The notes below the pieces were generated by a model, which had not been told where the DNA came from, made no database searches, and saw only the letters and a program-made list of their open reading frames with translations. A stretch of DNA of 64,000 nt from Pseudooceanicola sp. (GTDB lineage: Bacteria > Pseudomonadota > Alphaproteobacteria > Rhodobacterales > Rhodobacteraceae). Made by a program: the position numbers and the translations under genes. This document shows positions 9,127 to 18,637 of the stretch, piece after piece; position 1 is the stretch's first letter, and the number at the start of each line of letters is the position of its first letter. The DNA is taken from assembly GCA_002709085.1 (NCBI GenBank), contig PAPR01000078.1:2301-66300 (forward strand). The letters run 5' to 3'.

Positions 9127-9142
9127 GTAGAAGCAGGGCGAG
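9103..9142 (+). promoter_or_regulatory. 40-bp motif, copy 2 (candidate phage-sigma promoter facing the replication operon)
   Basis: TGGGACGGTTTTCAGACCGCGTGAGTAGAAGCAGGGCGAG; overlaps the sigma stop codon. Confidence 0.65.
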
Positions 9143-9154
9143 GAGAGCAAGATC

Positions 9155-9493
9155 ATGACCATCGCAACCATCACCACAATCCGGCCGAAGGCGCCGCTGA
9201 CGGAAATCCAGTTCTGCGCTTGGGTGGCCCAGGCTTTGCCCGGCGACCGTCTGGAATACCACCGCGGGTTTCTGGTGCTCGATACGTTTCCGGGGCTTTC
9301 CAAGCTTGGGGACAATGAGCGCACGGAACTGGCCCTCTTGGGCAAGCGGGCCTTTTGGACCGAAGGCCAAGGACTCGTCCACCTCGTCCAAGAGCGCCTT
9401 GGACCGGACCTGTTTTCCTATCTCGCCATCGCGCGGCCCAAGACGCGCGGAACCAATGAAGCCGTGACGCAGCTCGCTGCCGTCGCCGCCTGA
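9155..9493 (+). CDS. Phage hypothetical protein
   Basis: AGGAG RBS; FCAWVAQALPGDRLEYHRGFL. Confidence 0.75.
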   Translation: MTIATITTIRPKAPLTEIQFCAWVAQALPGDRLEYHRGFLVLDTFPGLSKLGDNERTELALLGKRAFWTEGQGLVHLVQERLGPDLFSYLAIARPKTRGTNEAVTQLAAVAA

Positions 9494-9517
9494 CCCATCC
9501 CCCAAAAAGGAGCCCCC

Positions 9518-10006
9518 ATGACTTATCCCGAAAACACCCCGAGCGTGGACGAAATGCTCAATATGGCGACTGGCGATCTGGCGCAGATGCCGGTCGAGTT
9601 GCTGGCCGTCCTTCAAGGCGAGCTTGATCACGCGAGCAAACAGTTGAAGGCCGCGACAGCCCGGTTCAGCGCCGCCCTTGAGGTGCGTTATGCCACCCGT
9701 GCCGCCGAGGCGCGTCGGGCCTGCGGCAAGGACACCGGCACTGTCCGCCTCGCCGATGGCGACTACACCGTGGTCGCCGATTTGCCCAAGCGCGTCGACT
9801 GGAACCAGGAAAAGCTGGCGCAGATTGCCCGGAACATTGCCGACAGCGGCGAGGACCCGGCCGAGTTCATCGACACCAAGCTGACCATCTCGGAGCGCAA
9901 GTACAATGCGTTGCCAGGTGCCTGGCGTGACGGCTTCGAGCCCGCGCGCACGGTGAAAGTGGGCGCGCTGAAAGTGACTTTGGAGCCGGCGGAGGCGCGG
10001 AAATGA
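9518..10006 (+). CDS. Phage hypothetical protein (replication/recombination operon)
   Basis: AAGGAG RBS; DLPKRVDWNQ...SERKY...FEPARTV. Confidence 0.8.
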   Translation: MTYPENTPSVDEMLNMATGDLAQMPVELLAVLQGELDHASKQLKAATARFSAALEVRYATRAAEARRACGKDTGTVRLADGDYTVVADLPKRVDWNQEKLAQIARNIADSGEDPAEFIDTKLTISERKYNALPGAWRDGFEPARTVKVGALKVTLEPAEARK

Positions 10007-10893
10007 CTGCGCTCACCCCCATTTCCTTGGCCGGTGAGAACCTTCCCGGCTTGATTGATCGTGCCGCCACGATGTTGGCCAGCGCCAAGACAGCGGCGGA
10101 AGTGCTCGAGGCCCGTGAAGCCGCCGGTTTGGCTTATGATGTGGCCAAACGGGCCGCGCGGCTCAAAAACGCAAAAGCCGCCCATGACGATCTCGTGGCT
10201 GCCGCACACCGCGCGCAGGCTGACGCCCTCGAAATTGAAGCCGCTGCCAAGCGGCGTCTCGCCGACGAGTATGATGCGGCGCAGGAGCGTGGTGACGTCG
10301 CCGGACACGGCGGCGGTCGGAATTTCAAGGTTGGTGACCCCAACGTTGAAACGCATTCCGATGGCCCAAATCGTGTTGGCGGCGACAACGCGATCGTCAC
10401 CATGGCCGATCTTGGTCTGCGCCGCGACCAGATTCACGATGCGCGCTTGATCCGAGATGCAGAGGTCGCTGAGCCAGGCTGGGTGCGCCGTACCCTCGAC
10501 GACAAACTCGAGCGGGGCGAGGAACCAACGCGTTCTGCGGTCCGGCGCGCCGCAGAGGATCGGCTGCAACGCTCACTAGACCGCCTGAAGCGCATCCAGG
10601 AAAGCGTCCAGCGCCTCGAGGAAGATCGCCCACCACCCCTGACGCCGGAAATGCGGGCGCGCCAGATCGCGGTGTTTGGGACGCAAGAGGATCGCGCGAT
10701 CTGCGGTCGGATCGAAGAGATCATTGAGCGCATCGATGAGCAGCCAAGCCCTGCAGAGGCGGTGCGCCGTGTTCCACCCGCGTCTCGCCATGCCGTTGAC
10801 ACCATGCCGATCCGGCGCGCGGCGGCCTGGCTCACCGACTTTAGCACCCTTTACGAACGGGAGGTCCAGAATGGGACATATGCGACTGAATGA
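10003..10893 (+). CDS. Putative DNA-binding protein with internal palindromes
   Basis: ATGA coupling; AKRRLADEYDAAQERG...DLGLRRDQIHDAR HTH-like segment. Confidence 0.65.
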   Translation: MTALTPISLAGENLPGLIDRAATMLASAKTAAEVLEAREAAGLAYDVAKRAARLKNAKAAHDDLVAAAHRAQADALEIEAAAKRRLADEYDAAQERGDVAGHGGGRNFKVGDPNVETHSDGPNRVGGDNAIVTMADLGLRRDQIHDARLIRDAEVAEPGWVRRTLDDKLERGEEPTRSAVRRAAEDRLQRSLDRLKRIQESVQRLEEDRPPPLTPEMRARQIAVFGTQEDRAICGRIEEIIERIDEQPSPAEAVRRVPPASRHAVDTMPIRRAAAWLTDFSTLYEREVQNGTYATE

Positions 10894-11368
10894 TGTTGTC
10901 ACCGAGATTGTCGGCGAAGTGATCGCGGGTCGCGCGATCAACAAGCGGCAGGCAGCCGTCAACCGTTGGGACGATATCGATGCAGATGGTCAGTATCTCG
11001 CTGGCATCGATGGCGTTGTCACGCGGATCGACACACGGGCTCGCCGCCTGAAACTCCGGGCTGAGCAAGCGGCGGCACCAGAACAGACGGAATTACCGTT
11101 TTCGCTGCCCGCGGCCGTTGCCATGGATCTCGAGGGCACGACGCTTGTCTCGACACGCCAGTTGACGCGCGCCGAATTTGCTCGGGCCATCGAGATCCGC
11201 CACCAGCAGATCGCCAACGATAGCGCCGCATTGCGCGAGTGGCGTGAAGCATTGCGTCAGGCAGATCAGTTTTGGGCTGAAAACCCGACATGGCGGTTTG
11301 GCGACTGCCTCGAAGCGATCTTGACCCAGAACGGGTTGTCCGGTCCTGACGGTGAGGTGCTGTCATGA
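10880..11368 (+). CDS. Hypothetical protein
   Basis: Start MRLNDVV; overlaps neighbours on both sides. Confidence 0.65.
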   Translation: MRLNDVVTEIVGEVIAGRAINKRQAAVNRWDDIDADGQYLAGIDGVVTRIDTRARRLKLRAEQAAAPEQTELPFSLPAAVAMDLEGTTLVSTRQLTRAEFARAIEIRHQQIANDSAALREWREALRQADQFWAENPTWRFGDCLEAILTQNGLSGPDGEVLS

Positions 11369-12258
11369 TTGGCACGCTCCCCATCATCACCGCCGATCAG
11401 CGCATGGCGGAATCCCGTGGCATCAAAGGCGTCATTTTCGGCCCTTCTGGCATTGGGAAAACCAGCCTGCTTTGGACGCTACGGAACTCAACCACCTTGT
11501 TCTTTGATCTTGAAGCCGGTGATCTGGCCATCGAGGGACTTGCGGTCGATGCGATCCGGCCGCGCACCTGGACGGAATGCCGGGATTTCGCGGTTTTCAT
11601 CGGCGGGCCGAACCCGGCGCTTCGAGATGATCAGGTGTACAGCGCCGCCCATTATGCCGCCGTCGGCCAGAAGTTCGGCGACCCTGCGGCGCTCGACAAG
11701 TACGACACGGTGTTTATTGACTCGATCACCGTGGCCGGACGGCTCTGCTTTCAGTGGTGCAAGGGCCAGCCCGAAGCCCATTCGGAAAAAACCGGTAAGC
11801 CCGATGTGCGCGGCGCCTATGGCCTGCATGGCCGTGAGATGATCGCCTGGCTGACCCACCTGCAGCACACCCGCGGCAAGAACATCTGGTTCGTCGGTAT
11901 CCTCGACGAGAAGCTCGACGACTTCAATCGCAAGGTCTTCGTGCCGCAGATCGATGGCAGCAAGACCGGGCTCGAACTGCCGGGCATCGTCGATCAGGTC
12001 ATCACCATGGCCGAAATCAAGGGCGACGGTGATCAGCTGCAACGCGGCTTCGTTTGTCAAACTCTGAACCCTTGGGGCTACCCCGCCAAGGACCGGTCCG
12101 GCCGTCTCGATCTGATCGAGACGCCGCATCTGGGTCAGCTGATGGATAAGATCCGCGGGCCCCTCGTGCCTGCCGAACGCCGGCTGACCTACCAGTCGCC
12201 GCAACTCCCAAAGCCGTCCCCCGAGACGGCTGACACACCCAACGTTTCCTCCAACTGA
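11365..12258 (+). CDS. Phage AAA ATPase (AAA_24/Sak4-like)
   Basis: Walker A GPSGIGKT, VFIDSIT, AKDRSG. Confidence 0.85.
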   Translation: MIGTLPIITADQRMAESRGIKGVIFGPSGIGKTSLLWTLRNSTTLFFDLEAGDLAIEGLAVDAIRPRTWTECRDFAVFIGGPNPALRDDQVYSAAHYAAVGQKFGDPAALDKYDTVFIDSITVAGRLCFQWCKGQPEAHSEKTGKPDVRGAYGLHGREMIAWLTHLQHTRGKNIWFVGILDEKLDDFNRKVFVPQIDGSKTGLELPGIVDQVITMAEIKGDGDQLQRGFVCQTLNPWGYPAKDRSGRLDLIETPHLGQLMDKIRGPLVPAERRLTYQSPQLPKPSPETADTPNVSSN

Positions 12259-12271
12259 AAGGACCCGAGCT

Positions 12272-12916
12272 ATGTCTCTCTGGAACGATTTCAACGACGC
12301 GCAGTCGAATGCCAACGTCATCCCCAAAGGTACGCTGGCCAAGGTGCGCCTGACGATCCGTCCGGGCGGGTTTGATGACCCTGCCCAGGGCTGGACAGGC
12401 GGCTATGCCAAACGCGGCAATACTGGCGCCGTCTACCTCGATGCCGAATACACCGTGCTCGACGGACAATACGCCAAGCGCAAGATTTGGTCGATGATCG
12501 GGCTCTACAGCCCCAATGGTCCCAACTGGGCCAATATGGGGCGTAGCCTGGTGCGTGGCATCCTGAACTCCGCAAGGGGACTTTCCGACAAGGACAAATC
12601 CCCTGAAGCGCAGGCTCGGCGCCGGATAAACGGCTTTGCCGATCTGGACGGGCTGGAATTTGTCGCGCGGATCGATGTTGGCACGGACACCAACGGGGAT
12701 GAGAAAAACGAAATCCGCAGCGCCGTGACGCCCGATCATCGGGATTATGCGCAAGTCATGGGGGCCGCGGCTCCATCTTATGCCGCGCCTCATCCCCAGC
12801 AGGGTCATGCTCCGTCGACGCCGAACTATAGTGCGCCCACGCATCAGGCCCAGCCGCAGCAGCCGCAACACGCACCCGCGCCCGGGTTTACCGGCCGCCC
12901 GAGCTGGGCTGAGTGA
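12272..12916 (+). CDS. Putative single-stranded DNA-binding protein
   Basis: DFNDA N-terminus; Pro/Gln-rich tail ending PSWAE; follows the AAA gene. Confidence 0.6.
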   Translation: MSLWNDFNDAQSNANVIPKGTLAKVRLTIRPGGFDDPAQGWTGGYAKRGNTGAVYLDAEYTVLDGQYAKRKIWSMIGLYSPNGPNWANMGRSLVRGILNSARGLSDKDKSPEAQARRRINGFADLDGLEFVARIDVGTDTNGDEKNEIRSAVTPDHRDYAQVMGAAAPSYAAPHPQQGHAPSTPNYSAPTHQAQPQQPQHAPAPGFTGRPSWAE

Positions 12917-12926
12917 GGCCAAACCC

Positions 12927-14621
12927 ATGCGTTTGCGTCCCCGCCAGAAACTCTTCGTCGAGCGCAGCCTTGCTGCGCTCGCCACCCGAGCCAACACGCT
13001 CGGCATCGCCCCGACCGGGGCAGGAAAAACGATTATGCTTTCGGCGGTCACTGGCGAAAGCATCGGCGACACTGACGCCAAGGCCTGCGTGCTTGCCCAT
13101 CGCGACGAGTTGACGGTGCAGAACTGCGCGAAGTTTGGCCGGGTCAATCCGGCCATCGCAACCTCGGTGCTGGATGCGACGACCAAGTCTTGGGGCGGCC
13201 AGGTAACCTTCGCCATGGTTCCGACGCTTACGCGAGAGCGCAACCTTGCCTCGATGCCGAAGCTGGACCTGTTGGTCATTGACGAGGCGCATCACGCGGT
13301 CGCTGACAGCTACCGCCGGATCATCGATCACGTGCGCAATGCCAACCCAGAAGCGCGCATCTTCGGGGTCACGGCGACGCCGAACCGGGGCGACAAAAAG
13401 GGGCTGCGGGCGGTCTTTGATAATGTCGCCGACCAGGTCCGCCTGGGCGAGCTGATCGCCTCTGGCCATCTGGTGCCGCCCCGCACCTTTGTCATCGATG
13501 TGGGCGTACAAGACAAATTGCGGGCCGTGCGCAAGACCGTGTCGGATTTCGACATGGCGGAAGTGGCCGAAATCATGGACCGCGCGCCGATCACCGATGA
13601 AGTGATCCGTCACTGGCAAGAGAAAGCGAACGATCGCCCGACTGTGGTCTTCTGCTCAACCGTGGCGCATGCGGCGCATGTGGCCGAGGCCTTCAACGCG
13701 GCCGGCATCCCGACGGGGCTGATCCATGGCGATCTGCCCGGCGAGGAACGGCGCGCCATTCTGGAGGCTTTCGCCCGCGGCGAGATCCGCGTCATCACAA
13801 ACGTGGCCGTGCTCACGGAAGGCTGGGATGATCCGCCCACCTCCTGCGTCGTGCTGCTGCGCCCCAGTTCCTACAAATCGACCATGATCCAGATGGTGGG
13901 CCGGGGCCTGCGCACGGTCGATCCGGCTGAGTTCCCGGGCGTCGTCAAGACCGACTGCATCGTGCTGGATTTTGGCACCTCGAGCCTGACCCATGGCACG
14001 CTGGAACAGGATGCTGATCTCGACGGCAAGACAGAAACCGGCGACGCCCCGACGAAGACCTGCCCATCCTGCAAAGCTGACATACCGCTGGCTTGCCGCG
14101 AGTGCCCGATCTGCGGGGAACTCGTGGCAGACGATGAGGACGACCCCAAGAGCCAGTAGGCAACGGACGGTGAACTGTCCGGGTTCCTGATGACGGAAAT
14201 CGACCTCCTGAAGCGCTCAAGCTTCTGCTGGGTTGATCTTTGCGGGTCCGAGGATGCGCTGATGGCCACGGGCTTCACGGCCTGGGGTGGCATCTTTTGG
14301 TTTGAGGGCCAGTGGTACGCGGTCGGCGGCCGCAAAGGGACCAAGACCCGGCTTCTGGGCATCGGCGAGCGGTCCGTGTGCCTGGCACAGGCCGATGACT
14401 GGCTGAACGCGCATGAAACCGACGAGAGCGCCTTCAAGACCCGCGGCTGGCTGAGTCAGCCCGCCACCGACAAGCAGTTGCAATATCTCTCTCCTGCCGC
14501 GCGCAGCGACTATGGCCTGACCCGCTACAAGGCCTCGGCGCTGATGACCTTCACCTTCAACAAGCGCGAGATCCGCAGCTTGATCATGGCTGCGGCACCA
14601 ACTTCGCGAGAGGCCGCATGA
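12927..14621 (+). pseudogene. Superfamily II DEAH helicase with an in-frame TAG at 14157-14159
   Basis: PTGAGKT, DEAHH, TAT, QMVGRGLR, CxxC pairs; frame continues after TAG (ATDGELSGFLMTEIDLL...) to 14621. Confidence 0.75.
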
Positions 14622-15052
14622 GCCATGTCGCGCAAATACAATCCCCGCCCGCAGCGGCTGCGGATCGCCCGGACTTTGATCGCCTCTGGCATCCGCGAGG
14701 TCAGCTCTGCGCCGTCTGCCTTTCCCGCACGCGCGGCTTCGGCTGGTTCGATCCAAACAAGCCTCGCGGCAAACGCACATACCGCTGGTTTTGCTCTGTG
14801 CAATGCCAGTCGGCCTTCACCCGAAAAGCCAAGAAAGGACAGCCTGTGGCAGAGATAACCGAAGAAGAGTCGTTGGCAATACCCGCAGTGATGCGCGCTG
14901 TGGGCCGGAAAATTGATGAAATTGGCTGGGATCGCAGCTTCGCTGACCTGACCGAACTTGAAATGCGGTTCTTGTTGATCGTCGCTATCGATACGTTCCG
15001 CCATGAAATGTACGAAATCAATGCCGAATTCGGTGGGGGGGTGCCGTTTTGA
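14618..15052 (+). CDS. Phage protein with Zn-finger-like Cys motifs (DUF6511-like)
   Basis: CAVC...FCSVQCQ; ends VPF; ATGA coupling. Confidence 0.7.
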   Translation: MSHVAQIQSPPAAAADRPDFDRLWHPRGQLCAVCLSRTRGFGWFDPNKPRGKRTYRWFCSVQCQSAFTRKAKKGQPVAEITEEESLAIPAVMRAVGRKIDEIGWDRSFADLTELEMRFLLIVAIDTFRHEMYEINAEFGGGVPF

Positions 15053-15819
15053 CCCTCGATTTCAACCACAAACCCAGCTTCGCCGACCGGGTCAACGAGA
15101 CTGTCGATAGCGCCCTCATCGCTGAAAACGCCACTCGGACACCACGTGACTATCTTGGCGGATCCCGCCTTGGCCATGCCTGTGAACGGGCCTTGCAATT
15201 CGAGTTCACGGCCACGCCGAAGGATGAGGGCCAGGACATTTCAGGTCAGGTTCTACGCATTTTCGCCATTGGTCACGAGTTGGAGGAGCTTGCAATCCGC
15301 TGGCTGCGCGGTGCGGGTTTCGATCTCTACACGCAGAAAGGCAACCGCCCCGATGGCGGACAGTTTGGCTTTTCCGTCGCGGGCGGGCGCATCCGCGGTC
15401 ATGTCGACGGCATCATTGCCGCCGGCCCCGAGGGCTTTGGCCTTGCCGTTCCCGCGCTCTGGGAATGCAAGACGATGAACGCCAAGAACTGGCGTGCCTG
15501 TGTCAAGGATGGCGTGACCAAATCGAAGCCCGTCTACGCCGCCCAGATCGCCGTCTATCAGGCTTACATGGAAGCGCAGGTGCCGGGGATTTCCTCCAAC
15601 CCTGCGCTCTTCACCGCGATCAACAAGGACACGGCCGAGCTTTACCACGAGCAGGTGCCGTTCGACGCCGAGTTGGCGCAGCGCATGTCCGATCGCGGTG
15701 TGCGCATCCTCCGGGCGACTGATGTGGGCGAGTTGCTGCCTCGCGTTGCCTCCCATCGCGACTTCTTCGAATGCCGGTTTTGCTCATGGGCCGAGCGCTG
15801 TTGGGGACTGCCGACATGA
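15049..15819 (+). CDS. PD-(D/E)XK exonuclease-like protein
   Basis: YLGGSRLG..C, GHVDG, WECKT, QIAVYQ, CRFCSWAERC. Confidence 0.85.
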   Translation: MTLDFNHKPSFADRVNETVDSALIAENATRTPRDYLGGSRLGHACERALQFEFTATPKDEGQDISGQVLRIFAIGHELEELAIRWLRGAGFDLYTQKGNRPDGGQFGFSVAGGRIRGHVDGIIAAGPEGFGLAVPALWECKTMNAKNWRACVKDGVTKSKPVYAAQIAVYQAYMEAQVPGISSNPALFTAINKDTAELYHEQVPFDAELAQRMSDRGVRILRATDVGELLPRVASHRDFFECRFCSWAERCWGLPT

Positions 15820-18227
15820 CGGATGCCCCGAAGGACCCGCCCGAAAACGACGACACAGCGAAGGATGCCGCAATGGCGAAGAGTGATGATCCAAAAAACA
15901 TGAGCGAAAGCGCGTCAGATGCGCCCAGAGAAAACCTCGTTCATTTCAACCCATGGCGGGATTTCAATGACGCAGCGCCCATGGAGGATGTGTTCGGCGA
16001 CGAGCCGGATCCAGAACAGATCGCCCGGTTCATGGAGGTGGTCTTTGGCTATTGTGACGGGCTGATCCCGGTCCGGAGCTTCATCGATAAGGGCCAGGGC
16101 ATCGATGGCCGCCCCCATAACATCTGGTTGGAGGCGAGCAAAAACACCACCGACAAGATGGCGACCTTCGCCAATTGGGCGGCCCGCGAAGGAGCGGCGG
16201 TCTACGTGATCCCTGGCACTGTAGCGACGAGCGGACAAGCCAAGGCAGCAGACATCCTGCAGATGCAGGCTGTGGTCGTCGACATCGACAACGGCGACAT
16301 TGCTGCAAAGCGTGCCCATCTTGAACGCCATCTCGGCCCGCCGACCATGGTGGTGGAAAGCGGTGGACTCACCCCCGAGGGCCAGCGCAAGGCCCATGTC
16401 TGGTGGAAGCTGACCGAACCCGCCGAGGGCGGTGACATCGCGCAGGTGACGCGCCTTCGGGGGGATATCGCCGCCAAAGTCGGTGGCGACATGCATTTCC
16501 GCTCGGCCCACCAGCCGATCCGGGTCGCAGGCTCGGTCTATTACAAGAACAACCTCAAGACCCAGGTGCAGATCGTGGAGTGGAACGCTGACCGCGAACG
16601 CGATCTGAGCGAGTTCATCGAGGCTGTGGCCGACATGCCGCCCGCGCCGGGTGTCAACCTTGCGCCGGACTTCACCACGCCGGACAAACCACGTACCGAT
16701 GACGTGCTGGTCACGCCGGTGCGCGAGGGCGGTCAGGATGACTGGTCGCGCTTCGAGGGCGCCTCAGCCGCCATCGGGTATTTCATTCGCATGGTCCATG
16801 AGGGGCGGCTGTCGAAGGACGAGGGCTGGGAGGCGATTTGCGGCTACAATGCCGCCATGTTGCGGCCCCAGTGGCCGGTGGAACGGCTCAAGCGCGAGTC
16901 TGAACGCCTCTGGGCCATCCATGTCGAAAAGCATGGCCCGCCCGTCATCCGGCTCGACAGTGCGGCACCCGCCCCGGATGAAATGCCCGCATTCACGCTT
17001 GGCGCGTTGCTGGACGATGACAGCCCGATGCCAGCCGACATCATCGCGCCGCGCGTGCTGACGCCTGGCGGGCTCTTGGTGCTGGGCGGCGCACCCAAGG
17101 TGGGCAAGAGTGACCTGCTGATCTCCTGGCTCGTGCACATGGCCGCTGGCCAGCCCTTCCTCGGCTTCACGCCGCCGCGGGCGCTGCACATCTTCTATCT
17201 GCAGGCGGAGATCCAGTATCACTATCTGCGGGAGCGCATGCAGCAGATCACCTTGCCGCCAGGCCTTTTGGCCGGTGCCCGCGACAACCTCGTGGCCACG
17301 CCGAAGCTGAAGATGCTGCTCGACACCGAGGGCAGTGTTCATGTGGCTCAGGCTATCCGGCGCGCCTTTCCGGCCGAGCCGGTGGACATCATCTGCATCG
17401 ACCCGATCCGCAATCTCTTCGACGGCGGCCCCGAGGGCGGCGGCGAAAACGACAACGCCGCGATGATGTTTTTCCTGAAGGACCGGGTCGAGGTTCTGCG
17501 CGATCACATCAACCCCGATTGTGGGGTGATCCTCGTCCACCACACCAAGAAGCTCAGCAAACAGCAGGTGAAAGACGATCCGTTTCTGGCCCTCTCCGGC
17601 GCCAGCGCCCTGCGCGGCTTCTACACCTCGGGGCTGATCCTGCACCGCCCCGACGAGGAAAGCCTACAGCGCAAGCTGGAAATCGAGCTGCGCAACGGCC
17701 CCGCGCTCGCGGCGAAGATCGTCGACAAGGTCAAAGGCGAGTGGGTCGAGATCAACCCCATCAACGAGCGGTTGGTCCGTCAGGAGGTCGGGGCGAAGCA
17801 CGATGCCGAACGGGATCGCAAAGGCGATGTCATCTGCGGCCTTTTACACGAGGAGGCCCTTCAGGGTCGGATGTACACCATGACTTTGTTTGCCGAGACG
17901 TTCGAGAACACCGCAGGGTTGGGCGGCCAATCGATCATCCGCGAACGGCTGAACGTGCTGACCACGAAAGGCTATGTAAAGTTTGTCCGCGGGGAAGCTG
18001 CGACGGCGCTGGACCTCGCCACCGAACGCAGCAAGTACGGCTATCTTTGCGTCGAGGCCATGCGTCTTGCGACCAGCCGGCAGCATATCGATCCCGATAC
18101 CGGGGAGATTACACCGGAGCGCATTGACGTACTTCCCAGTCACTACAAATGCCCCCAGACCGGCGCCGTGCTGCCCGTCGAAAACCCGTCCGTGTGGGTC
18201 TATCGCGACACGGAGGACGCACGATGA
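15816..18227 (+). CDS. Primase-helicase fusion (RepB-like primase plus AAA_25)
   Basis: VVDID, VESGG, HVWW, QPIRVAGS primase motifs; GAPKVGKS Walker A; IDP, LVHH. Confidence 0.85.
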   Translation: MTDAPKDPPENDDTAKDAAMAKSDDPKNMSESASDAPRENLVHFNPWRDFNDAAPMEDVFGDEPDPEQIARFMEVVFGYCDGLIPVRSFIDKGQGIDGRPHNIWLEASKNTTDKMATFANWAAREGAAVYVIPGTVATSGQAKAADILQMQAVVVDIDNGDIAAKRAHLERHLGPPTMVVESGGLTPEGQRKAHVWWKLTEPAEGGDIAQVTRLRGDIAAKVGGDMHFRSAHQPIRVAGSVYYKNNLKTQVQIVEWNADRERDLSEFIEAVADMPPAPGVNLAPDFTTPDKPRTDDVLVTPVREGGQDDWSRFEGASAAIGYFIRMVHEGRLSKDEGWEAICGYNAAMLRPQWPVERLKRESERLWAIHVEKHGPPVIRLDSAAPAPDEMPAFTLGALLDDDSPMPADIIAPRVLTPGGLLVLGGAPKVGKSDLLISWLVHMAAGQPFLGFTPPRALHIFYLQAEIQYHYLRERMQQITLPPGLLAGARDNLVATPKLKMLLDTEGSVHVAQAIRRAFPAEPVDIICIDPIRNLFDGGPEGGGENDNAAMMFFLKDRVEVLRDHINPDCGVILVHHTKKLSKQQVKDDPFLALSGASALRGFYTSGLILHRPDEESLQRKLEIELRNGPALAAKIVDKVKGEWVEINPINERLVRQEVGAKHDAERDRKGDVICGLLHEEALQGRMYTMTLFAETFENTAGLGGQSIIRERLNVLTTKGYVKFVRGEAATALDLATERSKYGYLCVEAMRLATSRQHIDPDTGEITPERIDVLPSHYKCPQTGAVLPVENPSVWVYRDTEDAR

Positions 18228-18248
18228 AACACGCCGCTCTGCCTTCCA

Positions 18249-18516
18249 AAATCTGGGGTCCATGTTCTGAAATCTGGCCAGATTTTGCAAAATCTGGCTC
18301 CCGCGCAAAATCTGAAATCTGGTTTTTCCTGTTATCTTTCAATGCGTTGAAGGTGCCCTGCCAGATTTCGGAAGGGGGTTTGCGAAATCTGCTCCAAAAT
18401 CTGGAAATCCTCAATGAAATCAGTGGCCTGTGCCAGATTTCAGATTTCAGAAAAATCCCCCCTAAAGGGGTAGGTGACCTCCCCGCTGTAGGCGGGGGAG
18501 GCCACCACCTACCCCT
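18249..18516. repeat. Iteron-like AAATCTG cluster plus GC hairpin (candidate replication origin)
   Basis: 7 forward AAATCTG and 4 reverse CAGATTT in 18249-18447; hairpin AGGGGTAGGTG...CACCTACCCCT at 18466-18516. Confidence 0.7.
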
Positions 18517-18637
18517 GAGCAATCTTCTCGGGCCGAAGTTCTGGCTCAAGATCAATCCGACGACGGCGGCCCGCACCGCCAAGCATCAACCGCCGTCGTC
18601 TTCCACCCGAGCAGCCCAGCAGAAAAGGAGACCACCC

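Noticed and set aside
18149-18637. N-terminal extension of the 341-aa ORF
   Set aside because: It translates the iteron and hairpin region; a strong RBS supports the start at 18638.
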